A DNA stretch of 20,261 bases from Candidatus Komeilibacteria bacterium CG_4_10_14_0_2_um_filter_37_10 (lineage in GTDB: Bacteria; Patescibacteriota; Patescibacteriia; UBA1558), in contig PFPO01000049.1 of NCBI GenBank assembly GCA_002793075.1, positions 1 through 20,261 of the forward strand, given 5' to 3'. Position numbers and translations under genes: made by a program. The number at the start of each line of letters is the position of its first letter. Position 1 is the first letter of the stretch. This document shows, piece by piece, positions 8,009-17,353 of this stretch. Under the pieces are notes generated by a model. The model saw only the letters and a program-made list of their open reading frames with translations. It was not told the DNA's origin and ran no database searches.

Positions 8009-8193
8009 ACACGTTAATGAGCTGGGAGTCATGTCGCCCAGCCAGTGTCTGGAAGAAGGTTCGTCTGACGGACTGTGTAAAGCCAGCGGTTGGCACCGTT
8101 ATAGCTGAAAATTAAGCGCCTATCCATGTCTTTGGCTAGGAATTAAGGTGGTACCGCCTCACTTGAGGTCCTTATAAATAAGGACTTTTTTTA
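8009..8193 (+). promoter_or_regulatory. T-box riboswitch-like leader RNA upstream of valS
   Basis: This ~185-nt untranslated leader is notably GC-richer than its surroundings. It contains aattaaggtggtaccgcc (8141-8158), matching the conserved T-box sequence AAUUAGGGUGGNACCGCG (the UGGU would pair with the tRNA NCCA end). A terminator hairpin plus U-run (8168-8193) follows immediately, then the valS start at 8242. T-box control of valS is common. Confidence 0.6.
8168..8193 (+). terminator. intrinsic terminator of the T-box leader (attenuator)
   Basis: Stem gtcctta (8168-8174) / taaggac (8179-8185), loop taaa, followed by tttttttt (8186-8193). Confidence 0.6.
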
Positions 8194-8241
8194 TTTAGAC
8201 AACTTAATTAAATACCAATTATAAGTTATCATTATAATACT

Positions 8242-11200
8242 ATGGAAATGCCAAAAAATTATTCAGCTGGTGACTACGAACAATCGATCTATCAACAATG
8301 GGAAGAGTCCGGTTTTTTCAATCCCGATAATCTAACTTGGGCCAAGAAACCCTTCTCGATTGTCTTGCCGCCGCCAAATGCTACCGGCATACTACACCTG
8401 GGACACGCTTCGATGTTAGCCTACCAAGATGTACTAATTCGTTATCATCGCTTACTGGGCGAGAAAACATTGTGGCTACCAGGAACTGATCACGCCGCTA
8501 TTGCCACCCAAAATGTGGTAGAGAAAAAAATTGCTCAGGAAGAAAATCTAACCAAGGAACAGCTGAGACGTAACGCTTTCTTAGCACGAGTTCGTAACTA
8601 CGTAGCCAATTCGCAAAACACTATTCATAAACAGTTGCGAGCCATGGGATCTTCTTTAGATTGGAGTCGTGAACGCTATACGCTAGACGATGGTTTATCG
8701 CGGGTGGTAACTACTGCCTTTAAAAAAATGTACGACGATGGTTTAATCTGTCGTGGTTATCGTATTGTGAATTGGTGCCCGCGCTGCCAATCAACACTTG
8801 CTGACGATGAAGTGGAGTATAAGATACAAAAAACACACTTATATTACTTACAATACGGCCCGGTGGTAATAGCTACAACTCGTCCAGAAACCAAAATCGG
8901 TGATACGGGACTGGCGGTTAATCCGCACGATCAGCGGTACCAGCACCTAATCGGCCAAACATTAAAATTTTCTCTTGGTGATATAGAGCTATCAGTCAAA
9001 TGCTTTGCCGATGAATCGGTTGATCCGGAATTTGGTACCGGTGCTATAGGTGTCACGCCAGCACATAGTACTATTGACTATGACTGGGCTCAGAAATACG
9101 ATTTAGCGATTGTTAAAATTATTGACGAGCGCGGTAATATGACTAAAGAAGCTGGGGCGTATGCTGATCTATTAGTTACTGAGGCTCGCAAAAAATTCCT
9201 TCTAGCAATTGAACAAGCCGGACAGTTAATAAAAATTGAAAATTATGAAAATAATTTGTCTGTTTGTTATCGTTGTGGCACCGCGATTGAGCCACTGCCT
9301 TCCGAACAATGGTTTGTGGATGTCAATAAAAAAATACCAAAACTCAAAAAATCTTTAAAAGAACTATCGTTAGCAGTGGTGGAGAAAGGGTTGGCTGATG
9401 ACCCTAATAAAAAAATTGTGATTATACCGGAAAATTTTACCAAAGTTTATCTGCATTGGATGACAAACCTACACGACTGGTGTATTTCTCGTCAAATCTG
9501 GTGGGGTCACCGTATCCCCATTTGGTATTGTTTACAATGTGGCAAAATTTCTGCAGATAATGAGCCTCGGAGCAAGTGGTTTCTTGTTCGTCATGGCGAA
9601 ACCGATATGAACAAAGAGAATAGACTGTATTACCAAGATAACGATATTGATATGCCTTTAAATGAACAAGGAATAATGCAAGCGGAGGAATGTGCACAAG
9701 AACTAAAAAAACAAAAAATTGACCTTATTATTACCTCTCATTACTTACGCGCTCAACAAACAGCACAAGTTATTGCCCGGGTAACAGGAGCAAAAATTAT
9801 TCTTGAGGAAAACTTTCGTGAACGTAATACTGGCAATGCTCAGGGCATGACTTCTGCGGAAGTAAAAACAAAATTTCCCAACTTCTATGAATATGCTGAT
9901 AAATCAGCCAATCAGGAAAATTATCAAGAAATGGAAGAAAGAATGTGGGAATCTTTTTCTCAACATTATGCCCAACACAAAGATAAAAACGTGGTTATTG
10001 TCGGTCATGGCGGTGCCTTTCGTTCGCTGATACGAAAAATAAAAAACATTGACCCTGTAGATATCAGAACAAAAATTAACCTGCTATCCAATTCTCAACC
10101 TTTTCAGTTAGACATTCTTCAGCCGTGTTCTGGGTGTCATAGTCATTTTTTTGAACAAGATCCAGATACGCTAGATACTTGGTTTTCCTCAGCTCTTTGG
10201 AGTTTTTCTACTTTAATGAACGGTGAATATCATGGTAGTTGGCAAGAGTGGCTAAAAAATAGTCCTGATTTGCAAAAATATCATCCTCTTAATGTTATGG
10301 AAACAGGCTATGATATTTTATTCTTTTGGGTAGCCCGTATGATTCTGATGACTACTTATCTGATTAATGACATACCATTTCAAACAGTTTATTTACATGG
10401 ATTAATTCGCGACAAACAAGGTCGGAAGATGAGTAAGTCGTTGGGTAACGGCGTAGATCCTATTGTCATGATTGAAAAATATGGCGCTGACGCCTTACGT
10501 TTAGCTATATTAGTAGGCGCTACGCCAGGCAATGACACTAGGCTTTACGATGAAAAAATTGAAGGCTATCGTAATTTTATCAATAAGCTATGGAATATTT
10601 CCCGCTACATTTTTAACAATACAAAATCAATAAATATTATTAAGCAACAACCAAAACCAAAAACTGCGGCCGATCATTGGATTATTAATGAATTAAATTT
10701 GTTAATCACCGCAGTTAGCGACGATCTTAATAGTTATCGCTTTTCTTTAGCTATTGAAAAGCTCTACGAATTTACCTGGTCAAAATTTGCTGATTGGTAT
10801 TTAGAAATTAGTAAAATAGAAAAAAACAAAGAAGATATCTTGCTTTATATTTTACAAACTCTGCTAAAATTATGGCATCCATTCGCGCCTTTTGTTACTG
10901 AAGTATTGTGGCAAAAAATGAGTTCCGAATTAATTATGGTTGAAAAATGGCCAGTTGTTTCGGCACTAACAAAAATTGATCAGAGCTTTCAACAACTACA
11001 AGAAATAATCAATAAAATTCGATCAGCTAAAGCAGAAAATAAAATTGACCAAGTCAAAATTATTGACCTATACTTAGCAGAGCAATTAGACACTACTTCT
11101 TTGCAAATTATCAGCCAATTAGGCAGAGTTAATATTGTGCAACAGGCACTAGATAATTGGTTAACACTACCACTAAGTAATAATCTAATCAAAATTGCCA

Positions 11201-11382
11201 TTGATCGTGATGAGGCTGAACAAATCCACCGATCTAACATCAATCAACTACAAAACAACATTAGTTCGCAACGGGCAAAGCTAGCGAATGAACAATTTAT
11301 TAATAACGCACCATTGGAAATCATCGAGGAAGAAAGAAAAAAATTGACTGAAGCAGAAAAAAAACTAGCTCAGATTTCTTAA
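8242..11382 (+). CDS. valS: valyl-tRNA synthetase with an inserted histidine-phosphatase (PGAM-family) domain
   Basis: 1046-aa ORF with class-I HIGH (PPPNATGILHLGHA) and KMSKS (KMSKSLGN) motifs. It also carries the conserved WCISRQIWWGHRIP and DTLDTWFSS blocks and a C-terminal coiled-coil, all typical of ValRS. About 190 aa inserted between the zinc-knuckle Cys pairs (CLQCG ... CSGCH) carry the histidine-phosphatase motifs LVRHGETDMN, SHYLRAQQTA, ERNTGNAQG and VIVGHGGAFRSL. Confidence 0.95.
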   Translation: MEMPKNYSAGDYEQSIYQQWEESGFFNPDNLTWAKKPFSIVLPPPNATGILHLGHASMLAYQDVLIRYHRLLGEKTLWLPGTDHAAIATQNVVEKKIAQEENLTKEQLRRNAFLARVRNYVANSQNTIHKQLRAMGSSLDWSRERYTLDDGLSRVVTTAFKKMYDDGLICRGYRIVNWCPRCQSTLADDEVEYKIQKTHLYYLQYGPVVIATTRPETKIGDTGLAVNPHDQRYQHLIGQTLKFSLGDIELSVKCFADESVDPEFGTGAIGVTPAHSTIDYDWAQKYDLAIVKIIDERGNMTKEAGAYADLLVTEARKKFLLAIEQAGQLIKIENYENNLSVCYRCGTAIEPLPSEQWFVDVNKKIPKLKKSLKELSLAVVEKGLADDPNKKIVIIPENFTKVYLHWMTNLHDWCISRQIWWGHRIPIWYCLQCGKISADNEPRSKWFLVRHGETDMNKENRLYYQDNDIDMPLNEQGIMQAEECAQELKKQKIDLIITSHYLRAQQTAQVIARVTGAKIILEENFRERNTGNAQGMTSAEVKTKFPNFYEYADKSANQENYQEMEERMWESFSQHYAQHKDKNVVIVGHGGAFRSLIRKIKNIDPVDIRTKINLLSNSQPFQLDILQPCSGCHSHFFEQDPDTLDTWFSSALWSFSTLMNGEYHGSWQEWLKNSPDLQKYHPLNVMETGYDILFFWVARMILMTTYLINDIPFQTVYLHGLIRDKQGRKMSKSLGNGVDPIVMIEKYGADALRLAILVGATPGNDTRLYDEKIEGYRNFINKLWNISRYIFNNTKSINIIKQQPKPKTAADHWIINELNLLITAVSDDLNSYRFSLAIEKLYEFTWSKFADWYLEISKIEKNKEDILLYILQTLLKLWHPFAPFVTEVLWQKMSSELIMVEKWPVVSALTKIDQSFQQLQEIINKIRSAKAENKIDQVKIIDLYLAEQLDTTSLQIISQLGRVNIVQQALDNWLTLPLSNNLIKIAIDRDEAEQIHRSNINQLQNNISSQRAKLANEQFINNAPLEIIEEERKKLTEAEKKLAQIS

Positions 11383-11403
11383 TAATCTCCTGTACAATTA
11401 AAA

Positions 11404-11431
11404 ACCCCGTACCATATGGTGCGGGGTTAAC
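11404..11431. terminator. rho-independent terminator after valS (potentially bidirectional)
   Basis: aaaa ccccgtacc atat ggtgcgggg tt forms a GC-rich 9-10-bp stem with one G-U pair, flanked by an A-run upstream and a T-rich stretch downstream. Confidence 0.75.
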
Positions 11432-11436
11432 CAAAA

Positions 11437-11499
11437 TTATTTCTTGTTCTTTTTTGGTTTCTTAACGTTCTTCTTTTGAGCGTTATTGCCTTTGGCCAT
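11437..11499 (-). CDS. tiny Lys-rich ORF (MAKGNNAQKKNVKKPKKNKK, 20 aa); coding status uncertain
   Basis: An ATG-initiated ORF in otherwise non-coding space between the valS terminator and the glycosyltransferase gene. It is extremely basic, has no obvious SD, and was not validated. Confidence 0.2.
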   Translation of the reverse strand: MAKGNNAQKKNVKKPKKNKK

Positions 11500-11600
11500 A
11501 AAATTTTATGATTACTTGAATTAACTTCTTAAGTATAGCAAAGTTTTTAAAAAAAAGAAAAAAGGAAAACTAACTTATTATTAATATGCTAAATGATTAC

Positions 11601-12950
11601 TTATTCAGCCAGCAATCTTTTTTTATTCTTTTGACAACTTTCTATTTCTGTAATTACCGGATGATTAGCAACCACCCTTTCAATATTATAGGTACCTAGT
11701 TGCCGACCATTAATATAAGCGGAGGCGGCAACTTCCGCCAAAATACCAGAATTAATCCATTCCATAAACCACTGATGAACATAACTGATTGGTTCTTGAT
11801 CAATGCCTCGTGATTTAGCTAATAACCAACGACGATTATATTTTTCCTGCGATCCAATGCACTGTGCCATAATTATCGGGAGACCAAGTGCGGAATAAAA
11901 GCTCAGTTCACTGGGCTTACTCCACAGCGCGTCGGTATCTCTTAAAGACTTGGTAAATAGTTCAAAATATTTTGTCTTCTCTGGTGCATAAATTATTCTA
12001 ATGCCATTATCTATTAAATTTTCCATCTTTAATTCACGAATAATACGATTAAAATACTGAAAAACATCTTTTCTGCTACCAGCTATTAAATTAATAATTA
12101 GTCTTTTTTCATAAAGCTCAGCTTTTAGGCTGGTTAAAATTTTATACGCCATATACTTTTGCGCTCCAGCACCCCCCACCGCAAAAGCAATCGTCAGTGG
12201 CCGATGGCTGATTACTCGCTGACCGCAATGTCGTAAAAATTGATAAACTCGACTCTTGTCTCTAGCTTGATATTTTTTCTGCGGATCTAGGTTGGCAATA
12301 CGAATACTGAGATCATGTTTTACGAGATCCATTTTTTCACCACCAATGATCTCTTTGGGTAAAGGAAAACCGGTTAGATAAATATTTTCTTTTTTCACAC
12401 CATAAAGCAAAAGGCGTTCTTGCACACGATGACAGGGCACTAAATATTTGATTCTGCTTTTACCCGGCTGCAAAGCAGCCCAGGCACGACTAACGTCAGT
12501 ATCACAAAGCACTAAATATATTTCGTTATTAAAACCATTTTCCTCGGCAATATAAGCAACGGTGAAAAAGGTAGTAACTAAAGGCAACTGCTGTTTATTC
12601 AAATACTCAACTAAATGTTTACCCCAACCCAGAGCAATAGAACGATACACTGTTTTTAATTGTAGGGTTGGTTTTGATAAATCACGACGAGGATAAAAAT
12701 TTGGTATTTTTTGAAAATAATCAAAAGCGGCAAATAAATATGTTCCGATCAGGGGAATATTATTCAAACGGGAAACATATTCATAAAACTTGCTGGAACC
12801 ATTCCATAATTGCAAATCAGCCGCTGGTATACCGGGATAATTGTTGGCCAAAATAATCTGACCATCAGGACTTAAATGTCGTAAGGGATAAGCGGCTCGC
12901 AAATGACCATAGCCCATGTCTACCGCTACCACTGAAGCTCGTTTCCACAT
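11601..12950 (-). CDS. glycosyltransferase of the MGDG-synthase / GT28 family (diacylglycerol glycosyltransferase-like, UgtP-like)
   Basis: 449-aa ORF. N-terminal VVAVDMGYGHLRAAYPL matches the MGDG_synth N-terminal G-x-G-H-x-R-A-A signature. A GT-B C-terminal half follows, with Gly-rich AVGGAGAQ. No TM segments. Confidence 0.6.
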   Translation of the reverse strand: MWKRASVVAVDMGYGHLRAAYPLRHLSPDGQIILANNYPGIPAADLQLWNGSSKFYEYVSRLNNIPLIGTYLFAAFDYFQKIPNFYPRRDLSKPTLQLKTVYRSIALGWGKHLVEYLNKQQLPLVTTFFTVAYIAEENGFNNEIYLVLCDTDVSRAWAALQPGKSRIKYLVPCHRVQERLLLYGVKKENIYLTGFPLPKEIIGGEKMDLVKHDLSIRIANLDPQKKYQARDKSRVYQFLRHCGQRVISHRPLTIAFAVGGAGAQKYMAYKILTSLKAELYEKRLIINLIAGSRKDVFQYFNRIIRELKMENLIDNGIRIIYAPEKTKYFELFTKSLRDTDALWSKPSELSFYSALGLPIIMAQCIGSQEKYNRRWLLAKSRGIDQEPISYVHQWFMEWINSGILAEVAASAYINGRQLGTYNIERVVANHPVITEIESCQKNKKRLLAE

Positions 12951-13034
12951 AAATTATTTTCATCATTATTATATCTGATATTTGCTAAATAATGAAATTA
13001 TTGAATACTGAGTTAAGATCATCTCTGGCTTTAT

Positions 13035-13063
13035 TTGACAAAAAAATCATTCCTGCTAATATT
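13035..13063 (+). promoter_or_regulatory. candidate sigma70 promoter for the 13100 gene
   Basis: TTGACA at 13035-13040, 16-17 bp spacer, TAATAT at 13057-13062. SD GAGGAAA sits 5 nt upstream of the ATG at 13100. Confidence 0.45.
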
Positions 13064-13099
13064 AACTTAATTATTCTTTAATAATCCAATGAGGAAAGC

Positions 13100-13501
13100 A
13101 TGGAAATGGAAATAACAATGCGAGCCGTTCTCTCGACGCGTTACTTTGAGGCTAAGCAGGAATTTAATATCACGCGATTAATCGAGGGCGTTTTCGATCA
13201 ACTGGCTCAAAATCTGGTTTATCGTGGCCAAGATCTGACTTCTGTCACTCAGCTATACTATCGTATCGACTCGGAACCCAGCGATTGCTATGAAAGTGGT
13301 TATAATATTCTCGCAGTTTTTGATTATGGACTGGTGATTAATCTCCATAATAACTTATTCTGGCTAACTATTTGCTGTGCTGATTGTAACTATGTCCGTT
13401 GTACCACTGAGGAAAAGATATCTTATGGACTATCCTTAGTCGTTTTACCGTTAAATATTCGAGCGAGCAATATTAATCAGAAAAAGTCCGCGACAAATTA
13501 A
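13100..13501 (+). CDS. hypothetical protein (133 aa), no recognisable domain
   Basis: ORF with a good promoter and SD upstream. Cys-containing segment LTICCADCNYVRC. No motif I can assign. Confidence 0.5.
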   Translation: MEMEITMRAVLSTRYFEAKQEFNITRLIEGVFDQLAQNLVYRGQDLTSVTQLYYRIDSEPSDCYESGYNILAVFDYGLVINLHNNLFWLTICCADCNYVRCTTEEKISYGLSLVVLPLNIRASNINQKKSATN

Positions 13502-13518
13502 GTCAGCTTTTTACGGTC

Positions 13519-13713
13519 TTGGAAAATTCCCGGAAAATTCCCCGACAATATGCACCGATCGTCATCACAGAAAAGAGTCTGGAAGATTTCTTAATCAACC
13601 ACCAACAGACTATTCTTCAAGGTCACGGTATGCACTATTGGCTCTGCTCACCAGAAAAATTAGTAACACGCATTACTAATTACTGTTTACAAAAAATGCG
13701 TAAAAAACTCTAA
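13519..13713 (+). CDS. hypothetical small protein (64 aa)
   Basis: Short ORF 17 bp downstream of the previous gene on the same strand, followed by a terminator. No assignable motif. Confidence 0.35.
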   Translation: MENSRKIPRQYAPIVITEKSLEDFLINHQQTILQGHGMHYWLCSPEKLVTRITNYCLQKMRKKL

Positions 13714-13720
13714 CAAGACA

Positions 13721-13752
13721 AAACTGCCAGCAACGCGCTGACAGTTTTTTTT
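13721..13752. terminator. rho-independent terminator between convergent genes (hypothetical pair and copA)
   Basis: aaa ctgccagc aacgc gctgacag ttttttttt forms an imperfect 8-bp stem with one mismatch plus a T8 run on plus. A shorter A-run on the other side may serve copA. Confidence 0.55.
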
Positions 13753-13778
13753 ATATTCTAATAATGTCTAAAGGGCAA

Positions 13779-16700
13779 TTATTTTAACGGTGTAAAAAAA
13801 CCTTGATCCACAAAATGAAATTGATCAAGTACCGTATTCGTCGCTGGTAGAATGCCAGCAATAATTACTCTCTGACCAAAAAAATTATCAATCGTATCGC
13901 CTGGCTTGCTAATTAATTTGGCATCAATCATCATCTGCGCTTCCAACGATCCGATATAAACAGGCCAATACGAATTACCACCCAACTGAACCTGACTAAA
14001 ACTGGCAATGGATGATTTTAATTGATCTGGTATATTAGTATTTGTTAATAAGTAAAAATTCTTAATAATTTCTTTTTCAGCAATTGATCTATTTAATGCC
14101 GTAGTGGTCAACTTGTTCCAGGTATTACTATTAACCAGATGATAATTATCAATAGCCGTGCCTGTTGTTTCCATAATACCAACTACTTTAACCCTGGCTA
14201 ATCCAAAAAAATTATCTAAAGAATCGCCAGCGCCTTGAATTAGTTTTTCTTTTTTCATCATCGCAGCTTCGCTAGCGCCAATGATCATTTCATCATCACC
14301 CAATGTCAGTGTACCTTCCGCTACTTTAAGCGAGTCAGGTAATTTCTCAACAGCCAGAAATAGCTTCGGATTGCCCTCGGCAAAGTTCATTTTTGCTTGT
14401 CCCTTAGCAATTAAATTATTCAACGACGATGCTGTTTCCCAAGAAACTGCGAGCGCCATACCTTTATTCTCCATGCCAGAACTAAACCGAGCAAATTCCA
14501 AGAATATACCCGTAAAAAGCAAAACCATAACCAATGGCGCGATCAGTGATACGTAGTTACGTTTACCCGGACGGAATAACTTCAACAACAGAGAATTAGA
14601 TACCACTGAGATAGATGATAGGGCCATGGTAAGTCCAGCAAGTTCTGGTTTGAGAATTAATCCAAAAGCTACAAACACTCGAGCTGCTACTGGTATGCCA
14701 ATAACATTATAAAACAAAGCAAAGAACATATTTTGTTTTATCTTGCTCATGGTTTCCCGAGACAACTCAAACGCCGTCACTACGTCATTAAGATCGTCTT
14801 TCATGATCACTACACCGCCAGTTTCCATCGCTACATCAGTACCAGATCCCATAGCAATACCCAAATCGGCTTGCGCTAAAGCCGGCGCATCATTAATGCC
14901 ATCGCCAACCATAGCAACTTTTTTACCAGTTGCTTGTATCTTCTTTACTTCCTTAGCCTTATCTTCTGGTAAAACCTCCGCCAAGACATTAGTAATACCC
15001 ACCTGAGTAGCAATCGCCTGCGCAGTTCTTTCGTTGTCGCCGGTGATCATATAAACTTCAATTCCTAATTTTTGTAACTTAGCCACAGCTTCCCGCGAGG
15101 TATTTTTAACTGTATCGGCAACAGCTACCGCACCAATAATACTTTCACGACTAGCGATAATCATTGCTGTTTTTCCTTGCTCTTCTAGTCTCTCTAATTT
15201 ACGATTGATTTTATCCAACGATAATCCCAAAACGCTAACCATCAAACGCCGATTACCAATATAGTATTTAACCCCCCTGATATCACCTTCTACGCCATGT
15301 CCGGGAATAGCTTTAAAATTTTCTACTTCCTCTAGATCAATATTTTCTTCCTTGGCATAAGCACAAATAGCCTCAGCTAATGGATGCTCGGATAATTTTT
15401 CTAAACTAGCAGCGACGCTGACAATTTCATCTTGATCTGATTGACCAAAATTAAGTACCTCGGTTACCTCTGGTTTGCCTTTGGTGAGCGTACCGGTTTT
15501 ATCAAAGACAACAGCCTTTATCTTACACGCTGCCTCTAGTGGCTCACCACCCTTAATCAAAATACCATATTCCGCTCCCTTGCCAGTGCCCACCATTAAG
15601 GATGTTGGCGTCGCCAAACCAAGAGCACAAGGACAAGCAATCACGATAACAGCCGTGAAGGCCATTAAGGCAAAAGCTAAACTAGCGCCAAGAAAAAAGT
15701 ACCAAACAATAAAAGTAACAATAGCAACTACGATAACGGTTGGTACAAACCAAGCTGAAATCTTATCAGCGAAGCCTTGAATTGGCGCTTTGGATCCCTG
15801 GGCCTCTTCAATTAGACGAATGATTTGTGCTAATGATGTCTCGCTACCTACACGCGTTGCTGTAAATTCAAAACTACCAACCTTATTAACGGTACCAGCA
15901 GCAACCATGTCACCAATATTTTTTTCTACTGGCAATGACTCACCAGTCAACATTGATTCGTCTACTGCTGATGAGCCCTTAACTATTTTACCATCCACTG
16001 GAATTTTTTCTCCTGGCCGAACAACTACAATATCACCATGAACAACCTCATCAATAAGGATATCTGAAACAATACCATTTCGTATCACGCGCGCGGTCTT
16101 TGCCTGTAAGCCCATTAATTTTTTTATGGCTTCAGAAGTTCTACCTTTAGTGCGAATCTCTAGCCACTTACCCAAAACAACGAAGGTGATCAAGAAAGCC
16201 GCCGTCTCAAAATAAAGTTCGGGAATTTTACCGCCCAATCCAATCAATGATCCGGTCTGCACAACATACAAAATATAATTAACGGTACTGTAAAAAAATG
16301 CCGTGGAAGTACCAATGGCAATCAAGGAATCCATATTAAACGTTCTCATCTTCAGTGCTGACCACAGACCGCGATAAAATCCAGCGCCAATAATAAACTG
16401 CACGGGAATAGTAAATAAGAAGGAAATAATGCCAAAATAAGGCGCCAATAATGTAGCGCCTGGTAACCACTGAAAGAAATCTAGCAACATAAAATAAAGC
16501 ATTGGTAAACTAAAAGCCAAACTCCACCAAAACTTCTTTTGATAACCACGTATTTCCGTTTCCCGTTTCCGACTATCATGCTCAGTATCTTTAACATCCA
16601 CTAATTCCGCGCTATAACCAGCTTTTTTGATGGTTTGCACCAAGTCACTGACCTTGGTAGTTGCTTCATTGAAAACTACCAATGCTTTTTCGGCAGCAAA

Positions 16701-17126
16701 ATTAACATTAGCTTGCTGGACGCTAGGCATTTTTTTTAAAGCTCGCTCTATTAATCCTGCGCAAGAGGAGCAATGCATACCAGAGATAGATAAATTAACC
16801 CGTCCATTAGCTTCAGTGGTCGTCTCTAATTTTATTTTCAACGGCTCGCTTGCAGCAGTTTCTTTAACTACTACATCCTCTGACGATGTTGACTGATCAA
16901 CACCAGTCGTTTCATTAATTACAGTGGCTTCATAACCAGCTTTTTTTATAGCTGCGATTACTTGACTATTATTAACTAAGGATTCGTCAATACCTAGACT
17001 ACCACTACCTTCTTGGAAGTTAATTTTAATATTACCTATGCTGGGCAATTCTAAAAGTTCAGCCGTAATGATCTGCTCGCAGGACGAGCAGTGCATGCCA
17101 CCAATTTTTAACTGTAACGTCTTCAT
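13779..17126 (-). CDS. copA: copper-translocating P1B-type ATPase (CopA-like) with two N-terminal HMA domains and an unusual ~270-aa C-terminal extension after an extra TM helix
   Basis: 1115-aa ORF with two MxCxxC HMA domains (GMHCSSCEQ; GMHCSSCAG). The TM helix carries CPC ([12 protein letters not shown]), and the phosphorylation motif DKTGTLT, the hinge GDGINDAP and the TGES-type actuator (LTGESLP) are present. After the normal final helix ([18 protein letters not shown]) comes an extra hydrophobic helix ([24 protein letters not shown]). A soluble C-terminal region then carries two copies of a GD(S/T)(L/I)DNFFG...(Y/F)H(L/F)V(N/D) repeat. Confidence 0.9.
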   Translation of the reverse strand: MKTLQLKIGGMHCSSCEQIITAELLELPSIGNIKINFQEGSGSLGIDESLVNNSQVIAAIKKAGYEATVINETTGVDQSTSSEDVVVKETAASEPLKIKLETTTEANGRVNLSISGMHCSSCAGLIERALKKMPSVQQANVNFAAEKALVVFNEATTKVSDLVQTIKKAGYSAELVDVKDTEHDSRKRETEIRGYQKKFWWSLAFSLPMLYFMLLDFFQWLPGATLLAPYFGIISFLFTIPVQFIIGAGFYRGLWSALKMRTFNMDSLIAIGTSTAFFYSTVNYILYVVQTGSLIGLGGKIPELYFETAAFLITFVVLGKWLEIRTKGRTSEAIKKLMGLQAKTARVIRNGIVSDILIDEVVHGDIVVVRPGEKIPVDGKIVKGSSAVDESMLTGESLPVEKNIGDMVAAGTVNKVGSFEFTATRVGSETSLAQIIRLIEEAQGSKAPIQGFADKISAWFVPTVIVVAIVTFIVWYFFLGASLAFALMAFTAVIVIACPCALGLATPTSLMVGTGKGAEYGILIKGGEPLEAACKIKAVVFDKTGTLTKGKPEVTEVLNFGQSDQDEIVSVAASLEKLSEHPLAEAICAYAKEENIDLEEVENFKAIPGHGVEGDIRGVKYYIGNRRLMVSVLGLSLDKINRKLERLEEQGKTAMIIASRESIIGAVAVADTVKNTSREAVAKLQKLGIEVYMITGDNERTAQAIATQVGITNVLAEVLPEDKAKEVKKIQATGKKVAMVGDGINDAPALAQADLGIAMGSGTDVAMETGGVVIMKDDLNDVVTAFELSRETMSKIKQNMFFALFYNVIGIPVAARVFVAFGLILKPELAGLTMALSSISVVSNSLLLKLFRPGKRNYVSLIAPLVMVLLFTGIFLEFARFSSGMENKGMALAVSWETASSLNNLIAKGQAKMNFAEGNPKLFLAVEKLPDSLKVAEGTLTLGDDEMIIGASEAAMMKKEKLIQGAGDSLDNFFGLARVKVVGIMETTGTAIDNYHLVNSNTWNKLTTTALNRSIAEKEIIKNFYLLTNTNIPDQLKSSIASFSQVQLGGNSYWPVYIGSLEAQMMIDAKLISKPGDTIDNFFGQRVIIAGILPATNTVLDQFHFVDQGFFTPLK

Positions 17127-17130
17127 ATAT

Positions 17131-17337
17131 TTATGCTTTAATTACTAAATAATTAGTTCCCCCTAAAATTTGTTTTATTTCTAGCAGATCAATTTCACGC
17201 TCCGCCGTTACGGTTGTTTGGCCACTGGCTAAATAAATCTTTATTTCCTGGACTCCCATTAACTTATTTAATTTAAGCGTGATGAGCTTAACGCAAGCCT
17301 CGCAGGTCATTCCTTGAATAATAAATTTATTAATCAT
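17131..17337 (-). CDS. copZ: CopZ-like heavy-metal-associated (HMA) copper chaperone
   Basis: 68-aa ORF with GMTCEACV (MxCxxC) in a ferredoxin-like HMA fold. It ends 4 bp upstream of copA. Confidence 0.8.
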   Translation of the reverse strand: MINKFIIQGMTCEACVKLITLKLNKLMGVQEIKIYLASGQTTVTAEREIDLLEIKQILGGTNYLVIKA

Positions 17338-17353
17338 ATGTTTATTTAGTTAC

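Noticed and set aside
8010-8140. GC-rich structured segment considered as a tRNA, small RNA gene or horizontally acquired fragment
   Set aside because: No tRNA-like T-arm/anticodon architecture is present. Its position between a promoter and the T-box motif and terminator, directly upstream of an aaRS gene, is more parsimoniously explained as stem I-III of a T-box leader.
9437-9697. 86-aa antisense ORF inside valS (also 10989-11243 - inside valS and 12668-12856 + inside the glycosyltransferase)
   Set aside because: Short antisense frames within strongly supported long genes. No independent promoter or RBS evidence.
14281-16896. Five plus-strand ORFs (14281-14556, 14743-15006, 15475-15780, 15790-16041, 16627-16896) antisense to copA
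   Set aside because: All lie within the 1115-aa copA ORF, which has unmistakable P1B-ATPase motifs. The translations are Ser/Thr/Ala/Pro-rich mirror frames.
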